DNA of 64,000 nucleotides from Pocillopora damicornis (lineage: Eukaryota), in the NCBI RefSeq assembly GCF_003704095.1, contig NW_020847747.1, positions 62,001 through 126,000 on the forward strand. The letters run 5' to 3'. Of this stretch, positions 23,606 to 37,038 are shown in pieces; the stretch's first letter is position 1, and every line of letters starts with the position of its first letter. Below the pieces are notes generated by a model. That model was not told where the DNA came from and ran no database searches. It was given only the letters and a program-made list of their open reading frames with translations. The position numbers and the translations under genes are program-made.

Positions 23606-25180
23606 AGGATTTGTGGATCCTGAAATTATAGTGGTTGGCGGTTTTCATGGATTTTTTTGGGCCCAGATTTTCAATTTTGCTTCGGACAACAACTCTGAAT
23701 CAACAACAGGTTTCTAATGTAAAAGTTGATCTTTTACTGTACAGCTCAGAAATATGTTAGCTGCGCAGATGTATTTTATATGCTCAGACACAGGTAGTCA
23801 GACATGCATATATGCTTTTCGTGCACAGCGCATGTGTCATTGTTGTGTAAAACAAAGAAGTTTTGGGTTTGAAAAGGAAACAAATTGACAACAGAAAATT
23901 TAAATAATGAATGGCATGGCTTTGGGGATTTGTTGAATAGCAAGCAGTAGCAGTAGATTTGCTTGATTTGAGCTGTTGATAATTTAGAAAGAAAAGGGAA
24001 ATGTCACTTACACAAGGCATTTAAGACGTAAATCATTAATTGAACAACAAAGTAAATACTCACTAATATGCTACCTGATTTATTCTTTTTTAGTTTGTTA
24101 AAGGTCCTATAAAAAGTGAGAACGATTTTTGGAAAATTGTTTAGTTAACACACAAAAGTTCAAGGTGCCTTTTCACAAATCCAGGTGTCAAGTAGAAAAC
24201 AGATTCAGTGTTAACTTTTTTTGTATACAGATCTATGGATTTAGTTATTAAATTACAGTGGATCTGCAGATTTGCATATCCCTATTCACCTCCCTCTTGA
24301 GGAATGGATAAGAGAGCTGAGATGCAAATATCTCAAATTTTCAGACTTTTGCCTTCCCCATGAGCAGATTTTTAGTCGTTGGCCAAACACATCTTCAAAC
24401 AGAAACAGGGCAGATTGAAACTCAAACCTTTGGTGCACCAAGTTGAAATGTCTTTTGGGATCAGTCCTAGCAATCAAGTTCAACATTTGACTCAGACACT
24501 GAACTTGATCAGTCAAACTTATGCTTTAGTCAAAAAAGCAAATTATGTTATGCAAAACTAATTTTCTACTAGTTTGTGCTTAATATTCGGGAAATTAAAT
24601 TTTGCTGTTTGAATCAATTAGTTGCTCTTTACCAATAAACCTCCTAGGTATGCAAACTAATCTAAATTGGATGTTTCAAACTTATTTGTATCAAATGTGA
24701 GTGTATAGTAGAAGGAATTATGCTTGGTGCATTTAAGTACACGAAGAAGATAACATTTGAGTCAGTCTTTATTTCGGTCAATAACATGTTGCATGGTACC
24801 CAAGTTAATGTGTGATAAAGTTCTGTAATGTTAATAATTGTGTATTTTAGGATGTGATGTTTTTTGACAACTGATTTTTTCAAAACTGAATTTAGAATCA
24901 TTACATGATGCAATAGTATTATCATTGGTATTATCATTAAGAGAACTTATATAATTTTGGCAACAGGAAGCCAATACTTTTGATTTGATATTTTTCATCT
25001 GAAAGTGTATTATACATATGTATTTTTTTTAAGTCAATAGTTTATGCAAAGGCTATAAATTATAATCAATTTTTTTTTTCAGTTGAGCTAAAAGCTGCAC
25101 TCCAGATCTAGTTTTGTTCCATTCTTGATTTGGATTTAGTTGATCCATTGTTGGATATTTTCACTTTTTTTAATCTGCCT

Positions 25181-25389
25181 AACTTTTTAACTCCAAGATC
25201 AAATTTGTAATTCTCCTTACTGTCAACCATACAATTCTTATAATGTTAGTTCAGAGAATTTAGTATTAGATGAACTAATTATCTCCAAATTGATATTTTT
25301 CTTTATTCTCATTACTTATCTGGTTGATATTGTATTGATATTGTAAGGAGAAATTCTGTCTTGGTCACTCATGGGAGTTACAGGGTTAA
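25181..25389. mobile_element. piggyBac-like MITE, inverted relative to 23396-23605
   Basis: Ends GGGAGTTACAGGG followed by TTAA; its reverse complement is nearly identical to the copy at 23396. Confidence 0.8.
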
Positions 25390-26744
25390 TTCTACCCTTA
25401 AGCTGCTATACATTTCCTTGAAACTTAGTAACAAGAATTTGGTGATAGATCAAAATACAATGTAACAAATTCTATACGATTAGTTTGAGTATTCTTATCA
25501 CCAGTTTGCAGGATATTGTATGGATATTATAGAGAGAACTTACATGTTGAATTTTTCTGGGAGTTAACAGTTAATATTGAAAAGTATTTAATGATTATTA
25601 TAGTTATCACTCAATGAGGTGTATTAATTGTTGATTTAAGACATCAGTTTATTTTTTTAGAGAAATCTTCATTATCTTGAATTAAGTTCATAAATATTAT
25701 TTGATGATTATTAAAGTATGTTTTTGAATTATTTTTTTATGAAAAAAAACTGTTAGCATGTAGAGTGGTATGTTACTTGCACCAATCAGATCACCACATT
25801 TGGGTATGTATATCGCACCAATCATATCACAGCATTAAATATCTTGTGCCAATCACAGCGTTTGGGTATTGTTTTCCTGTAAATGATGTCATGTAATCAG
25901 GGGGCCATGCACAAAGAATAACGTTAACCAGTAATTTTGTGCTCATTTCACAAAAGCCTTGTCAATTAAGGTCAAGATTTATAGGGATATAAAAGGTTCG
26001 CATTATTTGATTCATTTTAAGTGAAAACATGTTTTTTCCACTCCTTTAAACACAACTCACACACCAAACAACTTACATTCCATCATATACCATGAAAACA
26101 ATGTCCAAAGTCCAATCAGAACATACCCAATCATTGCATTACATGAACATTAGGCAATTTTTCATGTGCTTGAATTGTATTCCACCAATCAAATTTCATG
26201 TTGCCAAATTAGACTTTTCTCCATTGCATGCCATTTTCCTTGTAAATAACCTGCATTTAATCACATATTCTAATTGCTTTGTCCAACCCCACTGAAAAAA
26301 ATTCACATGGAACTAAAAGCTACTGATTGTGAATTTTTTTACAAAGTTCTCCCACTTTTTACTTTTTCTACAAATAAAATTGGCTTTTAGCTACATTAGA
26401 CCTAATCCAATTGCATGTTAATTCCTTGTAAACAACCTACATTTTATTGCGTATTTCACACACAGAGGGCAAAGTCCAGATAAGCAACAACCAATCAAGG
26501 AGCCCTCTTTGAAATATTATCCTTTTCTCTTGTTCAATGTATTTTCACTTATCTGAGATCGCAATATATCTTTGGTTAGGGTCTGTGGAAGAATTATATT
26601 TTTCAGGTAACTAACTGTAGATGAATAATTTTTATTTATCTCTGTTCAAGGATAGCAGTAAGCATAGTCTCTTTCGCAGCTGTAATTTGGTCTCATTACA
26701 CAATGCGCTCTCCCTCTCAATCTTTTTGTAACGAATAGCCAAAT

Positions 26745-27113
26745 TAACAACTATGGTACCAGAACAGCTAGTAATTATCGAACGCATTCATTTGTGCTGC
26801 ACAAATCTCAAGCAATTTACAATTCTTTACCAAGGTCCTAAAATTTGGAACTCTCTTCCTGTTTCAGTCACTCATTTGTCAAACCTTCTTAGTTTTAAGA
26901 CAAAAATGCAAGAGTTTTTACTTAAATAATCCTTGAATTGGCCTAGCCGCACATTCGCAGCACTTTTTCTTTACTTTATTTATTAATGTAAGTGAGGTGG
27001 CTCTCCCATAAGCCCAGTGGCTTCCTGGGTCTCCTTGCCTTCTAGCTATAACCGCTGCAAATAAATTTTTTTTGTATTGTGTAAATAAGGCAAATAAAAA
27101 TATGATGATGATG
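26745..27113 (+). mobile_element. 5'-truncated LINE (CR1/L2 group) 3' end
   Basis: Translates to NYGTRTASNYR...TNLKQFTILYQGPKIWNSLPVSV...SFKTKMQEFLLK* (stop 26927-26929), the typical post-RT 'WNSLP' C-terminus. It is followed by a 3' UTR with AATAAA and an (ATG)n tail. Confidence 0.75.
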
Positions 27114-27664
27114 AAAATCAAACAACTGTTGCAAAGGAGACAACAAAAAGTGTGGCAGCGAGGCATTTTACTTTTGCCTAGAAGTATTTACACAGTAGAG
27201 CCAATAGACCACAAAATACCTGTGTGAGTTTGGAAAAATTAAGTTTTTTTCTTTCTCTTAAGGTGAACTAATGCAATATTTTTGTCTGTTTGAAAATAAT
27301 GCTTTTTTACTGTTACAGAAATGCATAAAGTGCCCCATGCCAGTATTTTCAATTTTGAATCACATTCTGCCATCTTGGCTATTTCTTTTTTTGACTGAAC
27401 ACTCTCAAGATTCTCTGAAAATATCAGATAGTAGGCTAGCTGTAGACTACAAGCAATTTTCATAATTTTGGCTTGCCAGCTTTCTCCTTTTGTGGGTACT
27501 TTGGTGAGCAAAGCATGTCTGTTTTATGTCAGTAATGAAAACTTCAACTAGTGAAATCATCAAAAATATTTCTTTAGTAATGTTGTCAAGGAACAAACTT
27601 CAAACTTCAAACTTTTTAACGCTTTTGACAGTTGTTGTCAATGGATCGGCTAGCTACTCCTTAG

Positions 27665-27959
27665 CGATTTCCGGTTCCCACCGGAAGTGGAAATACCGGA
27701 AGTTTTCAATGTCCTAACTTATCACGTGACCTTTTCTACAGCTGTTATCTCGTTCTTCTTAGTCATTCATCTGCAATCACTAATTTCGCTTCCTAAAGCT
27801 TTTAAGGTGTCCCTTGTTAATCGCATTTTAGCCAGGGGGTGTCGGTTGTAATGGTTACCACGCTATAAATATGGATGTTGTCCAAATTTTCGTTCTCTGA
27901 GGATTCGAAGGCGGCGGCGCTATCACACGACACTTAAGAAATTGATGACTTGCTAAGCG
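27665..27959 (+). promoter_or_regulatory. Probable promoter and non-coding first exon of PAFAH1B2/3
   Basis: CpG-richer island with tandem ETS sites (CCGGAAGTG, CCGGAAGTT) and an E-box TCACGTGAC. A strong donor CG|GTAAGT lies at 27960 and an acceptor at 30169 lies upstream of the ATG. Confidence 0.5.
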
Positions 27960-30209
27960 GTAAGTGCTACTTTAAAAGCAGTTATGATTTGTCACAGGGG
28001 CAGAGTAAGATCGTTTTCCTTACTCGTTTGCTCTGAGTACATTAAAAATTTCAGATAACACGAGAGTTTACAACTCAAAATATCAAGGCCGTCACAGACA
28101 ATTAATTTAACACCTGGGAATTACCAGAGTAAAAGCTAGCTTTCTCCGTGAACATTAGACGTTGCATCCACTGTAACTTTTTCGCTGGATTTCCGTTTTC
28201 AGTTGTATCAAATTCCAAACTAGTAGGCCAGTTTATTTACAAGAATAATCTCGGAAAGAAATTACGAGATTACCGACTCGGAGGTAAATGAATGAAAATA
28301 AATTATTGCTTTCGCGGGCTATGTTGTAGTTATAGATTTGGATGATGATAAATATTTGGAATTTTTTTCGAAATACTCATGTTTTGTTTATAAACTGTAA
28401 CAGTGCAAACGAAGTTGCTGAAAAATTAGTGAAATATTTTCCTATTATTGTGGGATGTCAAGGACGCGAACGATCAATATCAACATCTATTCTCGGATGG
28501 ATTATAGCGGCGTCCTCATACCTTTGTTTTATGAAAGCTCTGTGGATGTTAATCTTGAATTATTAAAACCTTTTGCTTTTCTTTTTGTACTGGAATATGG
28601 AGGTCTGTAAGTTCGTAAAATTAACTTCGTTCCCGAAGAACTATTTCCTCATCTCGACCAAATTATCTGTGTTTAAATCATCGGCGGATTCGCTGTGAAT
28701 ACTTGATATTATCGCGAAATGTGCACAAGTCAATTTTTCAGGAAAGAATCACAGTGACTATCTTTTTGTAACAGGGGCTAGCGTAAAGTAACTTTTAAAG
28801 AAACAAGGTGAATTTTGACCTATGAGCGTAATTTTCACTGAATATTTGAACTAAGAGAAATGGCTTTTAGAGATTTCCTCTTTTGCTGTCAGTCATACTC
28901 GTAAAGTTTTTTGATGGACGTACATTACTGCTTATATGGAATTTGATATTGGATCACGTACAAGTCTAATTTCCACAACGTTGACATAACAAAATGCGGA
29001 AAACAAAATTAAAAAAAGGGGATAAACCCTGATAGAATTTGATAGAATTTTTTAAGATCTTTACAGTTCCAAAGGATATTCCTCAAAAAACTGAGATAAA
29101 ATAGTCAACATCTTCCTGAGTAGTTTATTTTTGATCACAGATGTATCAATGATGAGGGTTTGCTATCAAGGGGAAATTTGGTTCTGTCACAGAGTTGATA
29201 ATGTAAATTGAACACCATTAAGAGTTTAAAGCTGACAGTGATCAGGGCTCTGACAGGGGCCAATTTACATTACCAACCCAGTTGATAATACCAAATTATC
29301 TTGTTAATATTTTTAAGGTTTCCAGATAATGACAAAAAAAAAATTGAATCACAGCCCAGATAGTAATGATAGTGATAAGTCATTGACTGTAGGAGACCTG
29401 GTGGCATGCAGTTATTCCTTTAACTCTCAGATCAAGTTTGTAATTCTCCTTACTGTCAACCATACAATTCTTATAATGTTAGTTCAGAGAATTTAATATT
29501 GGATCAACTAATTATCCCCAAATTGATAATTTTCTTTATTCTCATCACTTATCTGTTTGACATTGTATTGATATTGTAAGGAGAAATTCTGTCTTGGTCA
29601 CTCATGGGTGTTTAAGGGTTATTCCACAAGACTTGGGATCAAGATGTCTAAGGGCAATATCTGGTCAGGCTGTTGTTTTATCCCGAAGAGAGATACCTTG
29701 ATCTTACTGTGTCTTTCTCCACCCAGAGGTATAAATTGTGTAGTGCTGCGCTTTCAGGGTAATTGGCAGGTGGCGTAACTGGTAATGGTTGGCATTCTGT
29801 CTGTAGAGGCCAGCTACCCTTGGTGAAAATAAATACAACACATCAACGTGTATGAGTTCAGATCCCTGGTATTCTTGTAAACAATGACCACAACCATTTA
29901 CATACAAGTATCTATTCAGCAATTCAAAGTTCTTGCTTCTTACAGGATAGCCTTAAAAATTTTTTGCTCAAAACTAAATTTGGAAAAATCTACAAGTAAT
30001 ATGCATGGCATGGGAAACTGCACTCTGGGTATATTATCAGTGTGTATGAATGCAGTAAATCATGTGCTGACCAGGGAGTGTAGCTGTACCCCTGGTCACC
30101 TCATGCCACAGAAATTGAGATAAGCTTTGTTTGTGCAGAGTTGTTGATGTGACTTACTTTTTGTGCTAGGAGTTGCAGTTTTGTGACTGTTAGACAAATT
30201 ATATGCAAG

Positions 30210-32489
30210 ATGTCAAATCCTGCTACTTTACCAACACCTGTGAAGGACGTCCAAGGTGATAACAGATGGATGAGCATGGTGAGAAAAATAGGGAAACGGA
30301 GACTAGTCTCTAGGAACTTTGATTCTCCAAGATTCCAGTCTCTCTCTTCATCCTTCCCTCCTGGAGTGAAAGAGGATGTGTGAAGAGAGATCCAGGAAAT
30401 TAGTGTGCTATAAAAAGCTTTCCCTGTGAAATTCTCAGTTATTTATGTCTTAATGATATAACTTTTAATTGCACTAAAACTGTAATTTTTTTTAAAGTTA
30501 TTAATTCATTTGTTCCTTTTGCTAGCATGAGAGATTTTTACATGATGGCAAGTTTTCTCCATGTAATGTTTTATTCATTGGCGACTCACTGATTCGTAAT
30601 ATGAAGGAGACTGAGGTAATTGGTTAAGCTGGTAATAATATTGATCTGAAACATATCTTTTATATTGGCTAGTTTTAATTAACAATTGGTTCATATGTCA
30701 GCGTGCGTTTCTTGAGATATGAAGCACACAGGAAGTTTGGAGAGCGCGAAAGATGCGTAACTTTGCAAGTGCTTCATATCTTGATGAATGCACAGCTGAC
30801 GTATGAACCAATTATTTTATCACATTTTCAACCCAAAGGAAAATTTTTTTTTGAGGAATTTGTTTGCTGATGTCATGAGTATGCACAATAGGAATATGAA
30901 GCATGCTCGCACAATTGAATTTGATTAGACAAATTTACTAGCTATGTTATAAACTGAATTCTATCTCAATCAACTCCAGAGTGAAGATATAACCTTCATT
31001 TGAACTGTAGAAATGATTCTGGATTGTAGCCTTCCATGTAGCGGCTACAATTTTCCCACAATGGCTGGTATTGGCCAATATTAGCCCACATTAATTTGGA
31101 TGAATCAGTGTAGTTGGTAGGGGGGGGAGAACAAAAATGTATTCAAGGTATGGTGGGGGGGAGGGAAAGAGGGCTAAAAGAGAAAAGCAGGTGCTGGTAC
31201 AAGGGCATCTGGGAAGTTTCCAGGTTGAGACTGTAAGAAAGTGACTTTCCTTCCCTCCCCTAGCTCTGCCAATTCTTGTCCCTTCTGTGATGGAAGGAGC
31301 CAGTTTCTTGTGGCTTCTCGTAGGTAAATCATGTCATTTTTTTCTTTTCCTTTCGTCCTACAGGCTTGGGATACTTACTTTGCACCCCTAAATTCTCTTA
31401 ATTTTGGAATTGGAGGAGATTGTACAGAGCATGTGTTGTGGAGAATAGAAAATGGAGAACTGGATAATATTAATCCCAAGGTAAGGAGGCAGAGGTAGCA
31501 GCTACTTGCCAAGTCACCTAAAATTAACTAATATTATTTTCATTCTTTATAGCGAAGATTTTCAAGACAATACAAGATAATTTGGTTTTATCAACTGAAT
31601 TAATAATGTAGATTGAAGATTGGAAACAGTTTCTAAAGCTGAGCATTACCTCTTCCCCAGCCATTCAGGTTAATCATTCATTCTGATCAGAGAGCTAATG
31701 CTGGAAATGTCAACTTCAGAAACTCTTCATGGATGCCAATTTCCATTACCAATGTAGTCGATAAAACCAAATTAATCTTATTAATTAAATTTTTTTGATT
31801 TGAGCACAATTTTTTTTTCTTGATTTCAGGTTGTTGTATTATTGATTGGAACAAATAATCATCACAGTACAGCAGACCAAGTTGTAGAAGGAATTGAATC
31901 GGTTGTATGGAGTATAACAAGCAAGCTGCCTTCTGCAAAAATCATTGTACTGGTAAGATAAGATGGTTCTTTGCATTTTACAAAATGCCATGAAGTAGGA
32001 TTGGTGGAATGCCATGCTTATTTAAGTGGGTTTGTAAGGAAATATTTAAAAACCATCTTAAGGAACATCCCATTTTGAAAGAAGGACATTTTGGGTGGGA
32101 AGCCTGTGTTCAATCACAGCGCCTACACAGCTTAACCAACCTTAAAAAAGGAACTTATCTATATCTCCTCTCGTTCCAGGAATTTGTATCATCTTTCTTT
32201 TTTCCAGCCTAAGGTTTTAATTTCCTTTCCTGATTAATAGGGTCTACTTCCACGAGGAAAACAACCAAACCCTCTCCGCGAGAAACATTTCCAGGTGAAC
32301 CATTCACTCAAAGAACTGATTGAGGCCATACCAAACTCTCTATATCTGGACTCGGATCCAGGCTTTGTCAGAAGTGATGGAGTTATTAGTCACGAAGACA
32401 TGTTCGACTATCTTCACATGACCAGAAAAGGATACAAGAAATTCTGCAAACACATCTCAGAAGTCATCGTTAAATTTCTGAAATATTAG
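30210..32489 (+). CDS. PAFAH1B2: Platelet-activating factor acetylhydrolase IB catalytic subunit (PAFAH1B2/B3 pro-orthologue), SGNH hydrolase
   Basis: Exons 30210-30278 (NPATLPTPVKDVQGDNRWMSM), 30526-30615 (FIGDSL), 31364-31480 (NFGIGGD...VLWRIENGEL), 31830-31952 (GTNNH) and 32241-32489 (GLLPRG...DMFDYLH). All catalytic motifs are present. Confidence 0.95.
30684..30814. repeat. Intronic inverted repeat (foldback element)
   Basis: AATTGGTTCATATGTCAGC...GAGATATGAAGCAC pairs with GTGCTTCATATCTTG...GCTGACGTATGAACCAATT. Confidence 0.75.
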
Positions 32490-33947
32490 GTATTAGTAAA
32501 GACAGTTTGTGCGTGACGTCTCGTTTACCATTGGTTGTGCGTAAAAATGGAAAAAAATGTATAAATCGCCCGTATTGGTAGTCTCCTTCGCAAAGGCTGT
32601 TTGATATTGTCACGCAATAGTACGTTGCGATATCAGATATTACGTTACGAAATTTTGCGTTCCAAGATATTGCGTCACAAGATTTTGCGTTACGAGATAC
32701 TGCGTTACGACACTTGACGTTAGGAGATATTGCAAGATATTGCGTTGCGACATCTTGAAGTGCAAGAAATTAATTTCATCAATATGAGTGATTAAATAAT
32801 GTGGTGGGGAATATGCTATTTTTTATTCAAACTATTTCTTCTGGTTTGATTCCCTGTAAAAATTTGACTTTTATCCATGTGGGTAAAAGGCACCTGTGTT
32901 CGCCGCCTTTTTTCAATTTAAGAAATGCCTTAAAAAAGTATATATTTAAAGACGAGGGTATGAAATTAAGTTTTCGAAAGTAAGAGGAATGGCTTAAATT
33001 ATTTCTTCCCTTCGTGGAAACGAAACTAACCTAATATATGAATTAAGAGTAAAACTGCAGGTCAAAATTCAAAAAGGAATTTAATTTCTCAGCGTTATAC
33101 ATTATGAAACGACTTCGCTCGTCTTCTGGCATGAGCATGAAGTCGCGTCAAATTCATTTAGTGATATGACATCCCGAGACTGGATCTTCGCAGATCTTTA
33201 GTCGTTAAGTAGATATATTACAATACAATGAAATATTCAAACTATTAAAAATAATTTAGAGGTCACTGCCAGAACAACCCATTCAACTTTAATGTTTTAA
33301 AACATTTGGGAAACAACTGACTAGTTTCTTTTGTCGTTTATGGCTTAAAAATATATTTGCATTTTTTTTATAATTGCAAAAATTCGTGTTTACAGTACAA
33401 TTCATCAAAAAACATCACGCGTAAGTTCAGTGTGATTAAGACTAGTTAGGAAGTGTGAGGAAATATGTCAATTAGATTGAAACTAAAAGATGATAGCGGT
33501 GGATAATATCCAATAGGCTTATGTCGTGTTTTTTAAACCATGGTTTTGTGGAGCACTTAAGAGAAAGTAATGTAATTGTTCTTTTGCTTCACCCTGTGAT
33601 TGGTTTAGAAAATTTGCACGACCGATCAAAAGAGGAGAAAAAGAGCCAATGAGAACTCATCAGGAAAACAAGCAAACTTCCTAAATCGCGGTAAAGGCGG
33701 GTGATCGAGTCACGAATAGATTTCAGTTTTGAATCTGATTGGTTGAGAAAGTGACGCGAGTTTTCTGTACCAATCATAGGGAGAAACAAAGTAAAACAGA
33801 CTCAATCTCAGATTACTTTTAAAACCAATCGCAACTTGATCACCCGCGTTTTCCCGCGCTTCAGGCAGTTTTATTTTACCTTGAGTCATTATTCATCGTG
33901 ACATTTTCTGATGTTCTGATTGGCAGTTGTGAAGTTACCTTGTTTTT

Positions 33948-34859
33948 TCACAGATGAAAAACAGGTTTNNNNNNNNNNNNNNNNNNNNNNNNNNNNNNNN
34001 NNNNNNNNNNNNNNNNNNNNNNNNNNNNNNNNNNNNNNNNNNNNNNNNNNNNNNNNNNNNNNNNNNNNNNNNNNNNNNNNNNNNNNNNNNNNNNNNNNNN
34101 NNNNNNNNNNNNNNNNNNNNNNNNNNNNNNNNNNNNNNNNNNNNNNNATTCTTCAAACTTGGTTACCATTTCAATGCGAAGACATGGCGATATCTGAGGC
34201 GAATGACCAAGGACGTTCTCCGGGGAACTGGAACCCACTTCAGACTCGTCACTTGATGGTAGCTTTAAGGAGAGGAAACTGGAACCGATCTCATCCCGAT
34301 CACGTGTAGCGCGGCCACTAAATTTCTTTTCAAAACTGGAAACCATATTTGACTGATCACGTGGTGATGGTCCTGGAGAGAGAACATCATCAAATTCATC
34401 ATGTGGAAGTGTTATCTGCGGAGCGCTGATTATCGCTTGATCTCGAAAACTGACAACCTCTGACAAATTTATCTCCACAGGGCCACCTTTCTCAGTTTTA
34501 GATTCATTCAAACTGCGTTTTTCTCGTCTGCGTCGAAGAAGATTCGACTCTCTCACGTCAGTCAAGCAAAACCTGTTTCTCCGTTGATTCAGATTATGTA
34601 AAATGCCACTTTGTTCCTTGTTTCGACCAGTCGTTACTCCTTCTTCGTCGGCGTTCAATGAGCGCCTCTCTCCCCTTTGCCTCGCGTACGGAAATTCAGA
34701 AATATTCTTTGAATATTCATAGTTCTCTGCTAAAATCCTTGAAGTCACCAAAGTCACCTGTATTTCCTTGCAGACCCCACTGGTGGGATCAGCTTCTTCA
34801 TTAGCCAGCATCCTTTGTGCGTCGACATAAGTAATCTTTTCTGTAATTTCACCACTCAT
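33948..34859 (-). CDS. Uncharacterised protein; C-terminal part runs through an N gap
   Basis: About 237 stop-free codons from the ATG at 34859 to the gap, with coding-like composition and a TTTTTTATAG acceptor just upstream. No family recognised. The stop at 33948 depends on the gap length being correct. Confidence 0.6.
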   Translation of the reverse strand: MSGEITEKITYVDAQRMLANEEADPTSGVCKEIQVTLVTSRILAENYEYSKNISEFPYARQRGERRSLNADEEGVTTGRNKEQSGILHNLNQRRNRFCLTDVRESNLLRRRREKRSLNESKTEKGGPVEINLSEVVSFRDQAIISAPQITLPHDEFDDVLSPGPSPRDQSNMVSSFEKKFSGRATRDRDEIGSSFLSLKLPSSDESEVGSSSPENVLGHSPQISPCLRIEMVTKFEEXXXXXXXXXXXXXXXXXXXXXXXXXXXXXXXXXXXXXXXXXXXXXXXXXXXXXXXXXXXXKPVFHL

Positions 34860-36289
34860 CTTGAAAGTAACTTCGTTTCTGCTATAAAAAAGCGGATGAA
34901 AATTCTGCTCTTCGGTTCAGTTAATAACGTACTATCACGGGAAACAACCAAGTAGATTTCCAGAAAAAATGAGGAAACAAATAATTAGACACGATTTATA
35001 TATCGGTAATTAAGCTCGTGTTGGGATTCTTTGATCAAAAATCAGCCGACACGACTTGCGCAACTTTTTGTGACGTCTAATATGTAAGACAGATCATTTC
35101 GCAATATGAATTCAGCTTAATTCTTTTCTAAATTAGTTTTCTCTACTCTTGAAGTTTATTTCATGGAACAAAAATTATATCTAGTGACTGGTCATTTTTT
35201 ACCCCCAGGGAGGGGAGAGAGGGATTCGGTGGATTTTTGTTGAGTCACGATAAAATTCACCTGGTCCCCTCTAGGGCTCTGCGATATTCTCACGATCCCC
35301 CCTCGTTGAGAGTGAATTTCCTATAGTCTCTCCTTTAAACTACGTTGGCGACAACTGACCCTCTACGTTCCCCTGGAAACTTAGTGGTCCCCCCTAAAAT
35401 TCTCCAACCCACCCACCCACCCCTCCCACGCGACAAATAATGACGAGTTTCTTACCTAAAAATATCTTTTAAATCCAAGTTTTCTCTCTGGTTTTCCACT
35501 TTTTTTTCAGCGTTAAGACTTTGTCGGTGTTCAAATCAGTGACTAAAGTTCATTTATAAGTCCTTATTTGGCATATTTCTTTCACAATAACTTCTCTGAA
35601 TAACCCAGCTCCTTAATTAGAAATCTGATCAAGCGAGAACGTTGCGCAATCTGGGTGTGCCAAACACCGTATTTTACATACAAATCTGCCATTTAAGTCT
35701 TAAAGAGATTTAGCAGCAGCAATTTCGAAGAAAGACCTCTTACTGCCGTATGGGCAGGCTGTCGTGTTTTGGTTTCGTCTTCTTCTGCTTACAGTCCCTT
35801 CTCAGCCGTCTGTTACACCATCGACAGCTGCTTATGCAAGAAAATTATTGAAGATAAAAAAAAAACCATCTTTACATCCTTGATAAAGATCATTAACATT
35901 AGCAACTGTCGTCAAGAAAAAGGTGGGACTAAAATTTGATCTGTTTGATTTCTGCGGTGACATGAGGTGACCCACGCAACGACGTCAATCATCAAGATAC
36001 TTTATTCTAATTGACGACCACAAATCAAAAAATATCTTCATGTTCTCCATGGTTTGCTACATATGAAGGATGTTCATACGCATCGGGGAAGTTTTGCAAT
36101 CACAGTGGGTATACTACTTTTCCATATTTGGGTCAATTTTTAGATGTTGCTGTTTTTACCAGCCATTTCCTAAATTTTGCTTTGGACGGAGTGTTTACTA
36201 CATGTAGTTCGTCAATAAATGGAAAAGTATTCTTTTAAATGACTTCTACGATTATCTAATTCCATATTTGGTCATGAGAAAACGCGGGT

Positions 36290-36840
36290 AGAAAGAAAAA
36301 TGAATCTCATTGGTTGAGAAAATGGTGCAAGTTTTCAGGACCAATCACAAAGCGTGGTGATATTAAAATGAAATTCCGGATTACGATCGACAATTTTCAA
36401 TGGAAGCACTGTTCAAATGAGTGTGGAAAGTAATTCGGATTGCTTTGGCCTAAGTTTGCTTCGTGATTGGTCGCGAGAACTCGTGCGCTTCTTACTCGAC
36501 CATTCGCATTCAAAACTAAAACCAATGAGTACTCATCGGCTCCTGGAGTTATTTACCCTTGTTCTGATAGGCTGCGAACGGGCAAGAAAACGCGCGCTTT
36601 TTTTCGACCAATCGGATTCAAACTAAAACCAATTGGCGTTTTCCCGCGTTTTGAACTGTTGGCTTATTTTTACTTTGAATTCTCATTGGTTCGTGTTAAT
36701 AAAACTCGCGCGCTCATTTTGTTCAATCACATGCAAAACTCTCATCAACTGTCACGTGGACAGTCAATGTTTTTTATTTAAGTTCCCATCGGCTCCTTGT
36801 GGTGTCTTCCTTTTCATCTCACTGGCAGTTGTAATAACTT
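36290..36840. repeat. CCAATC/GATTGG- and TTTCCCGCG-rich interspersed repeat; related copy at about 33590-33930
   Basis: Recurrent CCAATCA/TGATTGG, AAACTAAAACCAAT and GCGTTTTCCCGCG motifs appear in both regions. Confidence 0.6.
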
Positions 36841-37038
36841 TTATTTTGATTTTTAGACACTTGCGTAAAATACGCTTTTCTTTTAAACCACAATTCCAAA
36901 TTGCTTTGGATCAACGCAAAACATTTTACCTGTGTCGTGCATGATGATAAAATAGCTGCAATATTTGACAACAGTTTCGGTAGTTTACATGGCGCCTACA
37001 GTTCAAATACTTGCTTCCTTTCCTTCAGGAAACATTAT

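Noticed and set aside
32620-32755. CRISPR-like or regulatory array of GATATTGCGTTAC units
   Set aside because: A degenerate ~14-bp minisatellite without unique spacers, in a eukaryotic context.
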